Below, piece after piece: positions 12,535-25,470 of a stretch of 64,000 nucleotides of DNA. The stretch is from Camelus dromedarius (taxonomy: Eukaryota): positions 55,120,001-55,184,000 of the forward strand of contig NC_087437.1 of the NCBI RefSeq assembly GCF_036321535.1, in the 5' to 3' direction. Below the pieces are notes generated by a model. It was not told the DNA's origin, did not search any database, and was given only the letters and a program-made list of their open reading frames with translations. Each line of letters starts with the position of its first letter. The first letter of the stretch is position 1. The translations under genes were made by a program, and so were the position numbers.

Positions 12535-12900
12535 CTATTTTTAATCCATTCACCCTGCATTTAAGGAGCACTGACGGTGTTCAGGGCGTTATGTAAGGGG
12601 CTAGCGTGCTCACAGAAATGGATCAGGCGAAACCTGCACTCTCAAGAAATTCTGAGTTTGGTGAAGAAGAGAGCCTTAAATACAAAAATGTTTTAATACT
12701 GATTGTAATACTTATTAACACAGATGATTATACTAGATACTACAGGCAGGAAATCATTTAAAAATATAACCAGTGGTAGGGAGAGAGTATTATGTCCTTA
12801 CAGGTGAATCATGGAAGGCTTCGCAGAGGAAGTGGCATCTGAGCTGAGCCTTGATGGGAAAGAGAGAAAGCAATCTAAGTGGAAGGAGAGGCAATCGATC
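12535..12900 (-). mobile_element. L2 fragment
   Basis: ATCCATTCA..CATTTAAGGAGCACTGAC...GGAAGGCTTCGCAGAGGAAGTGGCATCTGAGCTGAGCCTTGA. Confidence 0.7.
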
Positions 12901-13713
12901 ATGGAGGGAGGAAAGTAGAAGGGGGGTTGGGGTGGAACCCATACATATGGAGGGGAGGGAGCCCCCCCCCCAAGATAGCTCTGTCTTCTCACCCACTCTT
13001 CCCTGCCTCTGCTCACAGCCTGAGCCCTGCACAGGCTGGCTTTGGTCACGGGGACACAGGGGCTCTGTTCCTGTTTCTTTGAAGACAGCACGCACAATTG
13101 CTCCCTCATTGTGGCCCCCTGGAAACATCATGTCTGAGAATCGCTAGCCTAGGGGTGGCGGTGTGTCTTCTTGTCAAGATTCCTCCAATTTTGAGAACTG
13201 GAATTTCTGCCACATGATGACAATTCTCAGCACCTCATTTAAAAACTTATGTTAGCCGCGACCCTTGCACCAGACAGATGCGTGGCCGCCAGAGGTACGT
13301 GACCGTCCAATTCTGAACCCCCACCGACCTGCTGGCATCTCCACTTGTGATGCCTCACAGGCACCTTGGATTCAACAGCATGTCCTAACCTGAAGCCCTC
13401 CCTTCCTCCCCCAAACCTCTTTTTCCTATACACACTTTGGCTAATGGTTCATCTAGTACAAGGGTATCAAGTTATTGTATTCATAGCTCTGTCTCTGCCA
13501 GGTTCCTCCTTCTATATGCAATTTAGCTTTTCAGTGTCACTACACCTCCCTCTCTCTTCCAGCCCCACTGCCAGTGGTTTAGGTCATCATCTTTTGGTCT
13601 GGCTACTACAACTTCAAACAGATTGCCTTACTCTTCTGCATCTCATGTTGTCATTAGAAGGACAGGATATTTCTAAAAAATGTTTGAGGACTCCCTGCAT
13701 AAAGAACACAAAT

Positions 13714-13938
13714 AGATAAACAACAAGTTTCTATTGCATAGCACAGGGCACTATATTCAATATCTTGAGTAACTTATGTTGAAAAAGAATATGAAAACGA
13801 ATATATGTATGTTCCTATATGACTGAAGCATTGTGCTGTACACCAGAAACTGACACAACATTGTAAATTGACTATACTTCAATAAAAATATATTAAAATT
13901 TAAAAATTTTTAAATAAAAATTTTAAAAAATTTAAAAA
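13714..13938 (+). mobile_element. 5'-truncated young L1 3' end with perfect 13-bp TSD
   Basis: AGATAAACAACAAG...ATAGCACAGGG...ACACCAGAAACTGACACAACATTGTAAA..AATAAAA tail; TSD AAAGAACACAAAT at 13701-13713 and 13939-13951. Confidence 0.92.
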
Positions 13939-14244
13939 AAAGAACACAAATGGTTTCACGGGGCACTGGCGGCGATCCTCAGTTTGGCCTCGATGATTCC
14001 AGTAGCCTCTTTTGCCACTGCTTCCCTCCCATGATCTTGTATTTTATATTCTTAGATCTTATAGTCCACTCTCACCCGATTATCTGTCATCATTTCCTTG
14101 GTCTTCTTGCCCTAGAAAATCCTACCTGTCCTTCAGGATCAGTCCAAATGCTGCCTCCTTTGTGATGCCCTTCTGACCCCAAGCGTCTTGCTGGAATTCA
14201 CCGTGGCTTTCTTTGTCCTCCCAAAGCTTCTAACTGTTCCTTTA

Positions 14245-14702
14245 TGTCCTCGACAGAATGATGGTCCCGGACAACACCCGTGTGCTAATCCCCAGAATCT
14301 GGGACCATGTTATCTCACCTGGCAAAAGGAAGTGTGCAGATGTTATTAAATTAAGGATCTTGATTGAAATGGGAAAATTATCCTGGATTCTCCAGGTGGA
14401 TCCAGTGTAATCACAAGGGTCCTTATAAAAGGGCAGCAGGAGGTCAGAGAGGAGAGAGGCTGCTCCACCGCTGGCTTTGAAGACGCAGGAAGGAGGCAGG
14501 GAGCCAAGAAATGCAGTTGGCCGCTAGAAGCTGGAAAAGATAAGGAAAGAGATTCTCCCCTGGAGCATCTGTAAACAACACAGCCCAGCGGCCTCATTTT
14601 AAACTTCTGACCTCCAGAGCTAGCTGTCTAACAATAGATTTGTGTCAGTTAAAGCCATTAAGTGGGTGGTAATTTTTTAAAGCTGCAAGAGGAAACTAAT
14701 AT
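14245..14702 (+). mobile_element. MaLR solo LTR (MLT1D-like)
   Basis: TGT start; GATTGAAATGGGAAAATTATCCTGGATT...GTAATCACAAGGGTCCTTATAA...CTAGAAGCTGGAAAAG...GGAAACTAATA end. Confidence 0.85.
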
Positions 14703-15819
14703 TCTCTACTTAACATTTATTTATTTGCCTGGTACTATCTTGTCTTTCATAATATTGCAAACTCCTTGAAAGCAAGGACCAATCAGATTAGTTGTCTTAT
14801 CCCCTGGGCACCCAACACAGAGCTTTTCACATGTAGATACCTGCTATGCTTTTGAATTTAAATCCAATGCCCTCTTTGGGGTATTTGCATTTAAATCAAA
14901 TAGTCTTTTGGGTGAAGTCCCAGAACTAGAATAAAACTGTTGTCTGTGTGAAGCCAGGTGGGCTGGAACCGCGACAGGGCATCATTTCAGGTGGCTGGGT
15001 TTCCAGCAGGTTAGCAACACTGCGTTGCCAGGCCTGGTGTGGTGGGGGCACATCTATGCAGCATTTATTAAGCAGTGCCTGATCGTGATGCCTTGGGGCT
15101 TACGCCACTATTTAACCTTTCCTCTTCCAGACTCCATGATGTTTTTGTTCTCACTGAACTTTCTGAGAGAATACATATTAGAGGTCCAATAGGGAAGGAC
15201 CCACAGAGACCAAGTTCTTGGCACCAAGGAGCAGGTTATCTCAGTTGAGTTGCATTTCCTGTCTCCCCAGGTCCCAAGTCAGTTGCGTCTTGATGTACCC
15301 ATTTATTCCTCTATGCACACATGAGTTCAGCACATACCACACACTGCTGTGTGCCTGGCAGTGTAATCGGCATTGAGGACACAGAAAGAAAAGATAAAGT
15401 CTTGGACATCAAGAAGGTTCTCATATCGGAGCAGCAGGAGCCGACAGACAAGGCAGAGAGTAAGTGTGATTTAGGAGCGATGCCAGAGGTGCATCTACAT
15501 GGCCTTTTGTTCATTCTGTTCCATTGGTTCTCTGGCATCTGTCACGTAGGTGAAACCACGGCAGCTGTGAAAGTTGTCCACTCTGTGCTCAAGGCTCAGA
15601 GGTGAGAATCTCCCCTTTTAAAGTGTTTCTTTAAGGCACATCCCACATGCACAGCTGGGTCTCTGGGAGTCTTGACTCCCCATTCAACAGTGCAGTCTTC
15701 CAATGTCTCCTTGCTCAGGAGGATGGACAAAAAGCATCCCTTTCCAAAGGGAAATCCACACCCCTCTTCTGTGGGACTTGGTGGGTCCAGATGACTAAAC
15801 TTTGCTCCTCTCTTCTCCC

Positions 15820-16000
15820 AGCTCCAAATCCTGGCTGCTCTGCCACTAATTTACTGTGACTTGGGTGACCCACTCCTAGTCCCTGGGCCTGTTTCTTCTT
15901 CTGTCAAATGAGTGTGGTTGCCATTGCTGCCCTGCTTATGAGTTTTGTGAAAAGCAAATGCAGTAATGAGCAGTAAGACTGTCGTAGGCTAAAAACCGTT
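15820..16000 (+). mobile_element. MIR SINE
   Basis: CAAATCCTGG..CTCTGCCACTAATTTACTGTGACTTGGG...GTTTCTTCTTCTGTCAAATG. Confidence 0.7.
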
Positions 16001-17577
16001 TATATCTGTTAGCTGTCCTTAAAATCATAGTAGTTATTGGAATATATATGTATACTAATAACTCCCACTGCTATTCTTATTATTTTTATCACTATTACTG
16101 TCGTGGGAGAGTTGTTAGCTGCTTCCAAGAATCAGGCAGCTGTCATTGCCAAGTGACTCAATCACCACATGATCAAAAATAGGCTAAATTAGGATGTGTT
16201 TGAAGCCCCCTTCCATAAAAAGCCATAGTCTTGCTTAGAGCTGCATTTTGCACAGCTTTCTCTCCCTCTCAGGGTCACTGTAGCCAGATTTAACGTATTC
16301 TGAAAGTGTCCTTGGTGGAAGGGGATGACCTGTCCCGAGTCTCTCCCGGGCTTGGTCCTCTGTCCCCCATCCAGATGGAGGATGCGCCCACAGATGACCA
16401 GGGCCTTCTACGAGCACCTAGTTAGTCGTCCCGGCACCCAGTCTTACCGCACTGCAGACCCTGCTGATGTCAGGACGGGCCACACAGCTTCGCTTTTGTC
16501 CTTCTGGCGGACATGGCCAACCTGCTTACCTCCTCAGCACCAGGGCTGCAGAGGAGGCCGTGCTGGGGCGTCCCGGTGTTATGTGATTCTCAGGAAGGAG
16601 ATGTCCCTCTTCTCTTCACCGAGACCTCCAGCTGCTGCTGGCTCCTCAGAAAGCTTTTGCTCCCAGTTAATTGCAGGTCCCAGACTAGTCTCTTTAATGA
16701 CCTCCGTCTCCCCGTTGATGAACTACGATCACGGGAGTGGCAGTGTTATATGTGACGCTGCGGCTTAGCAACTGGGGCTCTCGCCCTTCACCCTGGAGTT
16801 CAGTCTGCAAAGGTGACTGAGGAGAGTGTGGGCACTGTCAGGATGAGCGGGAGCTCCTGGGTACAGGGGCCCCTGGTGGGGCCCGAGCACTGACACAGCT
16901 GGCTCTTGGCCCTCCCTCTTGCTGACTGTGTGGTCATTCACTCCTCTTTTCTCTGCGTCTTCTGTAAAATGGGCGTACATGACATTCTTCACAGTGAACA
17001 TTGGATTATATGTGTGAGACTGAATAAATAATTAGACAATGCCATGTCACTATTAGGTAATATTAAAAGAGTCTGTTCTGGAAGATTTTAGAGCTTAAAA
17101 TCAGACAGACGCTTATTCATCATGGAGCTTTCCTCCTCCCTGTCCCCATCAGTGGTGGGCCCGAGGGTGGGCAGCAGTGGGAGTTGTTGGGAAGACCAAA
17201 CAAGATGATAGAAGTGGAATATGTGCTTGGGGTTCCAAGAGCTTGGTTCCAACCGTATTATGTTACTTACTCACTAATGTCATCCTGCCCAAGTGTCTCC
17301 TTTCTGAGCCTCAGCTTCACCATCTGAAAAAGGCTCTGCTGCTAAAATAAAACAAAACAAACACTAAATAAGCAAATACCACTGAGAATGTCATTGGACT
17401 GAACTATTTCTAAAGTCCCTTCCAGCTAGATAATAGAGTAACTTAAATAAAACATTTCCAAGAAATTGATGGGTTCTATGAAAATTTCATCCTAAAGTCT
17501 AGTCATGACATTTACCAGTTAGAGGACAGTTTGAGCAGGTCTGTGGCGGGCACAATTCTGGTCAGCTCATGATTTTA

Positions 17578-17792
17578 TTTTTATTTTTAAATTTTTTAAA
17601 CTTCTATTGTATTTTATTTATTTTTTTAAATTGAAGTGTAGTTGGTTTACAATGTTAGCTTCTGGTATACAGCATATGAGTTCAGTTATACAGATACATA
17701 TATATTCCTTTTCATACTCTCTTTTTCATTATAGGCTATTACAAGGTATTGAATAGAGTCCCCTGTGCTCTACAGTAGGACCTTGTTGTTTA
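17578..17792 (-). mobile_element. L1 3' end (copy A), probably inserted in the tail of copy B
   Basis: T-rich tail then AATTGAAGTGTAGTTGGTTTACAATGTT...CCCTGTGCTCTACAGTAGGACCTTGTTGTTTA. Confidence 0.88.
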
Positions 17793-17985
17793 TTTTATTT
17801 ATTTATTTATTTTTAATTTTCAATTTTTAATTTTTTAATTGAAATATAGTTAGTTTACAATGTTGTGTTAGTTTCTGGTGTACAGCATAGTGGTTCATAC
17901 ACCACACACACATATATATATATATATTCCTTTTCACATTTTTTTCATTATACACTATTACAAGGTACTAAATATAGTTCCCTGT
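17793..17985 (-). mobile_element. L1 3' end (copy B)
   Basis: AATTGAAATATAGTTAGTTTACAATGTTGTGTTAGTTTCTGGTGTACAGC...AATATAGTTCCCTGT; outer TSD at 17564-17577 and 17986-17999 (12/14 identical). Confidence 0.88.
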
Positions 17986-18639
17986 AGCTTACGATTTTAG
18001 AAGCTCAGTGCCCTGGCCACACACCTGACCTACAGAGGACGGGCGGGCAGACCTCCAGGCCCTGAGTCTGAGAGTAACCCTGGGAGATGCTCGGCCTTAA
18101 GTTTTCTTCTCATCAAACCAGAGCTTGGGCTCAGTGTTCCCTGGGGGGGTCTTCAGTCTGAAAGCCTATAAATCTAACTTCTGTGAGTCTCACTTCTCAC
18201 AAGTCCCGGGCTCAGGGAAGGGAGCTGGCCTCCTGTGTGCCGGAGACGCGCCTTGTTAGAGCAGATGGAGTGTGTCTATCATGGCTGTGGAGTAACCAGT
18301 CTGGTCACTTCAGATGTCTCTCCAATTAACACTCATGGCGGCAGCCAACTGCTCAGGCAGCAGAACGTGCTGGGGGAGAGGATGGCGGGGACTCCTGGGC
18401 CCGCTGCCACACCTCTTATCCCAGCCTGGGAGTGGGAGGGTCCGGCCAGACTTCGGGGTGTGTGGGAGGTGGGAGGAAGGGTGGGGAAAAGTGGGAGGTG
18501 GAGTGCGTGCGGGCAGATTTCTTTAGCTGTCGAGTCCTAGAAAGTCAGAAATGGAGACGGCTCCTCTACTCACAGCCCTTACTCTAGTCTTCGAGTTTGC
18601 TTCCTCTTTCATTCCCATCCTGCCTGGCAGGGGTGGCGA

Positions 18640-19200
18640 CACCGTCACCTCCTGTACTTGCTTCCTGAGTGATCTCCTCGCCTTCCACTTCTTCTCCTCT
18701 CCAAACCATGCCCTACAAGACAGTCAGCTTTGATTTCTAAAATACGAATGTGATGATCATATTCTCCTGCATTGCAGCATTTCCCCATTGCCTTCAGGAA
18801 AATAACAACAACAGGAAGGAAAGAGTAAAGCCCAGAAGCTGAAACACACGGAGATCTGATTTACCTCATCCCTGCCCTTCTCACCCTGCAGCGTCTCGTC
18901 CTCCAGGAATTACTTGAAATCCTCCAGCCCACCAAACTCTCTCCTTTTCGTATTCTTCTCTGCATCTCCCTTTCCCTGCTCAGTGCTCAGCCTTCAAAAT
19001 TCAACTGAGCTGTGACTTCTTCAGGGGCACAGACTGGAGGACCGGCCTCTGTGTGCCCACATCACAGCAGGGAAGAACTAACGGGGCATTCACCACGCTG
19101 TTAGGCGATGATCCTTGGCCATCACACTTCCCTTCGCTGCACTGCGAGCTTTACAACGGGTGAGAACACCTCTCATTCATCTTCCTTCCAGAGGCAGGAC
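18640..19200 (+). mobile_element. L2 fragment
   Basis: TTTCTAAAATACGAATGTGATGATCAT..CTCCTGC...CCCATTGCCTTCAGGAAAA...CAGCCTTCAAAATTCAACT. Confidence 0.55.
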
Positions 19201-22200
19201 TGCCTTTGACATCAGATACCCTGCTGACTCCAGAGTGAATTCCACTGATGGGGCTTCCATGCCATTCCTTGAGCTGTGAACTTGGTCAGGGAGAACCACT
19301 TCACCAGAGAGCAGGCACGTGGTCAATACTGGTTGAGAGAGTGAAGGCTCTCCCACATTTCATGGGTGAGGAAACAGGTTTGGAAAGAGGAACTGAGTCA
19401 CTGGCCCTCACAGGGAGGGAGGGTCCGTGGGTGCTGGCTCCAAGGATTTCCTCTTCTGACTCCTGGCCTAGAGCTCACCCCGCTACCCGACAGGCTCAGA
19501 TGGTGTCAACCAATCCTCCTCTTGGGTGAGGGGCAGCAGAGTGCTCTCTCTGGGTGGTGTGTGTGCCCATGACGGAGGTCCCCAGTTCAAGCTGGAGTTG
19601 CCCCATCTCCAAGCAATTGTGGAATTCCTGGACCTGAGGGTTGGGTGTTGTCAGGTTGGCAAGTGGGAGAGCAAAGCTATTTAAAATATGTCAGGAAGCC
19701 CAGAGCCTTGGCTGGACTGGGAGTTGTGTAGAGCAAAGAGAAGAAGCAGGGAGGAGCCATAGGTGCTGTCTCAGGTGTGGATCTTGTCTGTGCGTCTCAC
19801 CGGCCGGACCGTGGCATAGAGACCCAAACCCTTCATCTCTCAGCACATCGAAAATCCCTGCCTGTGTTGTTTTTGGGAGGGAAGGTTTGGCTTTGAGTAG
19901 ATTTTCCTGAAAAATCAAAACAACTCGTCAGAGTGGGCCCGGCTTCCAGGGACAGCCTGGGTGTTAGCATGCCGGTGTCTGGAGTGGAGGGGGCATCTGA
20001 GGGTCACGCAGCAAGGAATCCAAACCTCTGAGCCTGATTTACAGCTCAGGGCCTCAAATCTGTTCCCTCCCAGCCCACATAAACCCCCCAATTTCCTCCT
20101 CTGTGCGCCAGCCCTCCTCTGAGCTGGGAAATGAGATCGAACCAGTGGCTTTTTCTGGGCTTCTGGATGGCTTGTTCCCTGAGAGGATGGCGGAAAGGAA
20201 CAGAAGTGGTTCTGGAAAATGTGGGCAGAAGAGCACCGTGATGAGTCAGAGAAGAATGAGACCGAAGCAGCTTGGAGATCCTCCAGCTCAGATCCCTTGT
20301 CTTCTCTTCTTTCTTTCCTTTCCTTTCCTTTTCTATTCTTTGTTTCCCCCTTTCCTTTCCCTTTCATTCCTTTTCTTGTTGCGGATTCTCTGTAGAATCC
20401 TACATGGAAACCCAATGTGTCAAGCTTAAAAATGGAAGTGCTCCAGGCAGCTGTGGGTAGGGGGTTTCTGGTCTCCCTTGTCTGACTCCCATAAAGGCCC
20501 ATGGGCACCTGCTCAGATTGCTGGGCTTCACGGACAACAGTTTGGAAAGCTCTGCTGTGACCCAGCAGCCCCTTACACTCATGAGGTCTCTAAGGCCCAA
20601 GCTGGCGATGAGGTTTATGAAAGGCCAAGCAGGGATCTAGTGGTGGGCGCTCCCAGACCCCTCCTGGCTCTCCAGCCTCCTTCCAGGAACTTGTACCAGA
20701 TTCCGCATAGAGCCGGTAAAGGCTCAGCCTGGCTCTAGTTACTGTGGTACATGAATCTTATTTTTATTAAGGAAAAAATCAGTTAGTGTTTAAGAAGCCC
20801 TGGGTCAGTCGCTTTGGGAAGTAAGCCCAAGTCAGCGTGGCTGCCCGTCCGCTTTGGCCCTGGCGCTGCGATTCCTGCCTTTGGAACCTAGGTCCAGTCT
20901 TGCTCCTCCTCCACCTGAGATCCTGCCTTCAAAACTCTTGGAATGGAATCCTGTCTCCCAGCTAACATCCTTGACTTCTCTTCCCCATCCTAGTGGGAGC
21001 TAGCCTGCCCCCAGTCTGGACCAGGTGTGGGAACTGTACCTGCCCCCAGGTCCCCCGACACCCAGAACTACCAGAATCTCTGCTCACGGCTTGTCCCCAG
21101 TCACACAGCCATGCTCTGCTTGTCACCCGGGACCCCCCAGGACCTCCCTGACTTACCACCCAGCCGGGTAGTTTTCTGCCTTTGCTTAGACTTGTGTTCT
21201 CCTGACAAGTGGGTTTCTTGTAGCCTTTGGGGGAAGAGATATGGATGTGGGAGGGGTTAACTGTTGCTTGACCCTTCCAGGCCCTCCCAGTCTGTCCAGG
21301 ACAGCTGCCCTAAATCGTACTCTCACGATCTGGTCCTTCCACCTGTGAGCTCCTGGATTTGTGCCATGAGAACTTGGCAGGACCCTGCCCAGCAGTGACC
21401 TCTCCTGCTTCACCCAAGAAAGCCCAGAATGAGGGACCTGTGGGCTTATTTCCAGAGACTGCAGGGAAGGAAGTGACTCCTGTAGGCCTCCAACCAAGTC
21501 CAGTCATGTTCCAGGCATTCCCCGATCCTTTCCCTCTCTCTGGGTGCTGGAGGAAACACGGATTCTCTCTGAATGGCCTCCAGTTCAGATTGGTGCCCAG
21601 AACCCTCAAAGACACCTCAGACTCTGAGGCCTGAAATTCTATGCCTGTCCTTTTTCCTGCCCCGACCCTGCAAACTTCACTCTGCTGAGGGGCAGTTCCT
21701 GCCCATCTCCAGCCCCAGAGATCCCTTCCATGGCCTGCGTACGGAGTCCCGGCCAGGAGCCCTGCCTGTCCTGGCTGCACCCAGCGGCCCTTTCAGAATG
21801 CCAGTGTCAGACTTAGATCCTTACTAGCCACCGCCAGGGGCCATGGAAGCCAAGCTGCTCCTCCCTGAAGGCCCAGAGGCTGAAGATACAAGGGGCCTAA
21901 GCTGTTGCTTCTGCCCATCCCCACCATATCCGTCCTCTTGCACAGCAACCCTGAGCTGCTCCCCTCCGGTCCTCAGCCCTTCCTAGCTGTGCCTGGCCCC
22001 AGGTGATGGGCCCAGGCCTGAGCGCTTTTTTGCAACCCAGGACCTGGGCCTAAGGTCATACAGCCACAGACTGACTCCCTCAAACCCAGACCCGGAAGTC
22101 CCAGGCCGTGGTCGGAGAGGTGGGAGGAAGCTGTGAGCTACAAGCCCTCAGAGGCTCATGTCCCTCCCTGTGGCCCCGGTGGGAGCTGGAGAGCCCAAGG

Positions 22201-23039
22201 GCTGCCCTGAAGCATAGCTGTAGAAAGGGGAGCCACCTGGAGAGAAGAGGCCAGAGCCCTCTGCCAGGCCTTTGGGGACACCCACACCCTCCACTGGGGG
22301 AGCAGCCCATTCTATCTGGGAGCCCAGCCTTGCCTCCAGGGCCTCCTCCAGATTCAGAGACTCAGTGAGATTCCTGGCATAAGGGTGTCTAGAGCCAGTG
22401 TCTCCTAATCCTGAACAGGAATCTACATCAAGTGCCCAGAGAGTAGAATGAACTCTGAGACAAAGATGGCGTGGCCTCCTGAATCCTTAGAGAATGTAGC
22501 GGTTGCTTCACCTCCAGGATGACAGCCCTCTCTCCTGAGTCCTACCTTGCCCACAGACCAAAAGACCCTTCTAGAACCTATAGTAATGGTCCCCAGGTAC
22601 ACGCAGGGAACTGGGGTGCTCTCAGGTGAGGCCCTGGCTGGCTGGGAACCTGCACGAGCCGTGTCTGCCCAGCCTGGGTGACACTGATGCTGGTGCACCA
22701 CCTGGAGAGGGTGCCCTGCCACACGGAGAGCCTGGAGATTTGTCCTGGGTGTCACAGTCCCTGGCTGTATGACCTTAGGCCCAGGTCCTGGGTTGCAAGG
22801 GCCCCCTCAAATGGAGAAACCAGAAACAGACCTGAGAAGACAGACTCTCTTGACGTCTCCCCTAGGCTGGCAGCTGGGTTAGAGAAGGCCCTCCTGGAAG
22901 CCTCTAGAACCCCCTGGAGAGCAAGTGCTTTGCAGGAAGGGAGGGTGGTGGTGGGCTCACCACTTCTGGCCCAGCCTAGCCTGGAGCTCGGTTCTGACCC
23001 CCCCATAGCTGGTTTCCTGGTCTGGTCACCATGAAGCCC

Positions 23040-23225
23040 AGGAGCTCAGACAGAGGAGATCTGGGCCTTGAATTCCAGGCAGGCTTGAGTAACTCATTTC
23101 ATCTTTCTCAGCTTCAGTCCTCATCTTGACAATGGGATGATAGGCACACCTGCCTCACAGAGTTGTTGGGATTCAGCTAAGTGCCGTGAATCTCCCCCAG
23201 AAGCAGTAGGCCCTCAATGCCCATT
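23040..23225 (+). mobile_element. MIR SINE
   Basis: CTCAGCTTCAGTCCTCATCTTGACAATGGGATGATA..CACCTGCCTCACAGAGTTGTTGGGATT. Confidence 0.7.
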
Positions 23226-25114
23226 TTCTGAATCTGGGTCTGAAAGGTGAAGCCCGAGGAGAGAACACAGGAGTCAGCACAACCGTGCTCTGGGGTCCTG
23301 CGGGGAGGGCCCGGATTGCAGCCCGCGGCCCCTCTGGGCTTGCTGTTAAAGCTCACATCTATATGATGCATTCTATTCTAGAACAATGTGCTGGATTTTT
23401 AACAAGTAGGACAGGAGGCAAGAGGCCAGAATTCCTCCCCGAGGGCTGCCCCAAAGCTGCTGACTTAGCTGCTTTGTGACTCAAAGTTCCAGACCAGGGG
23501 GAAATAAAACGATTCCTCCTCTTTGCAGCCCAATGTATGATAACAAAGGTCTCAAAATACACAGAGCCTCAGCGCGCCCCCAGTTGTAACACCCAGGATC
23601 TCCCCTGTTGATCACCAGCACCCTATGGGCTGACAAGGCAGGGTTTTGTCCCCATCTCACGGGAAGCAGCAGCCTGCTGTCCAGAGAAGCGACTCGTTCA
23701 GGGACCCGCAGCCACTGGGCAGCAGAAGCAGGCTTGGAGCACACACCCTCCTCCTACCCGCAGCTCTTTGTCTCTCTTCTTTCATTTCAGGCTTAAACGT
23801 TTATTTTGGCCTAAGCTGTGCCATCTCCAGTATGGCACGCCATCCTTGCTCAGCCTCAGCGTCAGGCTAATCTGATGTGTCCTGGGCTCGCTCTGTGAGT
23901 GCTGAGAGCGAAGTCCCAGGGCCAAGGAGGCCTGAGACTCACGGTGGACGGGAGGAGACGAGGGGTGGGGTAGCTGGAGACTTCAGTGGACTCTGGGCAT
24001 AGGTTCATGAGAAGATTGATGGGAAAAGGACTTAGTAACCATTCTGAAAGAAACAGCGTTGAGCATGTGAAAGGGCTGTGTTCCTCTCTGTTGGCGTCTG
24101 TTTATTTCTTCCATTCGGCCGCGTTGTTCTAGGCTACAGGAAGGAGAGTGAAGAAAGAACTCTTGCTGGAGGCTTTTGGGCTTTTGTTTATGATGCAATC
24201 CAGAAACCACTAGTGGCAAAGCATAGAAGCTGACTGATTTTTAAAATATACTTAGTGTTTGGATTTTTATTAAGGTTAATAGAGCCACATGGTAAAAGCA
24301 ACTGCAGGTAAAAATGGGGGGGGGGACTTCGTGCTCCCCAGTGAGTGGTTTTTAATTTTCAGGTGGGGAAGGTGTGGTTATCGCAGCTAGAAAGGCCAAA
24401 GAAAGACTTCAGTGGGGGCTAGGCTGACTCCTCCCTGAAGGCACATTATAAAGGCAATAGACTCCTGATTCATTCCTTTCCCTACATGAGTCATTTTACT
24501 CAGAGGCAATGACTTCAAACCATCCTTGCTCTAGTCTTGATGGTGATTACCTCCACAACTCTAAATAATATGCGTATTAATACTGTTATTTCTTATTTAT
24601 TTACTTTCCTTGACAAAAATATGTATGAAGCATCTCCTGCGTGCTAAGCTATATTCTAGGCAACAGAGGAGCTTATGTTGTAAATTAATGTTCTACTAAA
24701 TTAGATGGAGATCTAGCTCAGTGAGAACAACCCCTCCTCTGGGTACAGTTCTGTCACTAATTTCATTGTGAAGGAAGGTATCTGAGAGAGGAAGGCAGTT
24801 CATCATACAGGGGGAAGTTGAGAGGGAGGAGTGGCTCAGAAAGTAAGGGCATAATGTTATTTCTTGAATGTAGGGGACTTGGAGAGAAAAATTGGAAGTA
24901 AGGCTCTAAGATGTCATCAGAGGCCATGGATGCTGAAACACCCTGGGGTCTGCAATTCCACAGCACTGAGAGTCCTAAAGTGTGCTTGCCCAAGTGAGGC
25001 TGGAGTGGCACAAATAGTATATACACAGGCCTCAGACAAGGACCCCCAGGCCTGGAGAGGAGGCTGCTCACCTTACAGGTGTACCTTTGGAGGTTCCTGA
25101 AGCCCTTGGTAGTG

Positions 25115-25470
25115 TGTATTAGTCCGTCCTGGCTGCTGTAACAAGTCAACCACAGACTGGATGGCTTAGACAACAAACATTCGTTTCTCACAGTTCTGGA
25201 GGCTGGAAGACCAAGAACAAGTCTCTAGTGAGGGGCCTCTTCCTGGCTCATAGATGGCTGTCATCTCCCTGTGTCCTCACATGGATGAAGGGCCAAGGGG
25301 TCTCTCTGGGGCCGCTTCTGTAAGAACACTCATCCCGTTCATGAGGATTCCAGCCTCAGCACCAAATCACCTCCCAAAAGCCCCACCTCCTAATACCGTC
25401 ACACTAGGGATTACGTTTCAATATATGAATTTGGGGGTGGGGGGGGGACACAAACATTCAGTCTATAGCA
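25115..25470 (-). mobile_element. MaLR solo LTR (MLT1A/MLT1A0-like)
   Basis: TGTATTAGT...GCTGCTGTAACAA..ACCACAGACTGG...TCTCACAGTTCTGGAGGCTGGAAG...GGGACACAAACATTCAGTCTATAGCA. Confidence 0.88.

Larger units (their letters stand above)
13320..14860 (+). mobile_element. Long L2 remnant interrupted by an L1 (13714-13938) and an MLT1D-like LTR (14245-14702)
   Basis: Collinear L2 motifs (CATCTCCACTTG..ATG..CTCACAGGCACCT; CCTACCTGTCCTTCAGG; GCAAACTCCTTGAAAGCAAGGACC) resume after each insertion. Confidence 0.65.

Noticed and set aside
16533..16553. REST/RE1 site
   Set aside because: Only the left half (TCAGCACC) matches; the GGACAG half is absent
19915..20508. 197-aa minus-strand ORF with a K/E/R-rich stretch
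   Set aside because: The charged segment is the translation of a TC-rich simple repeat
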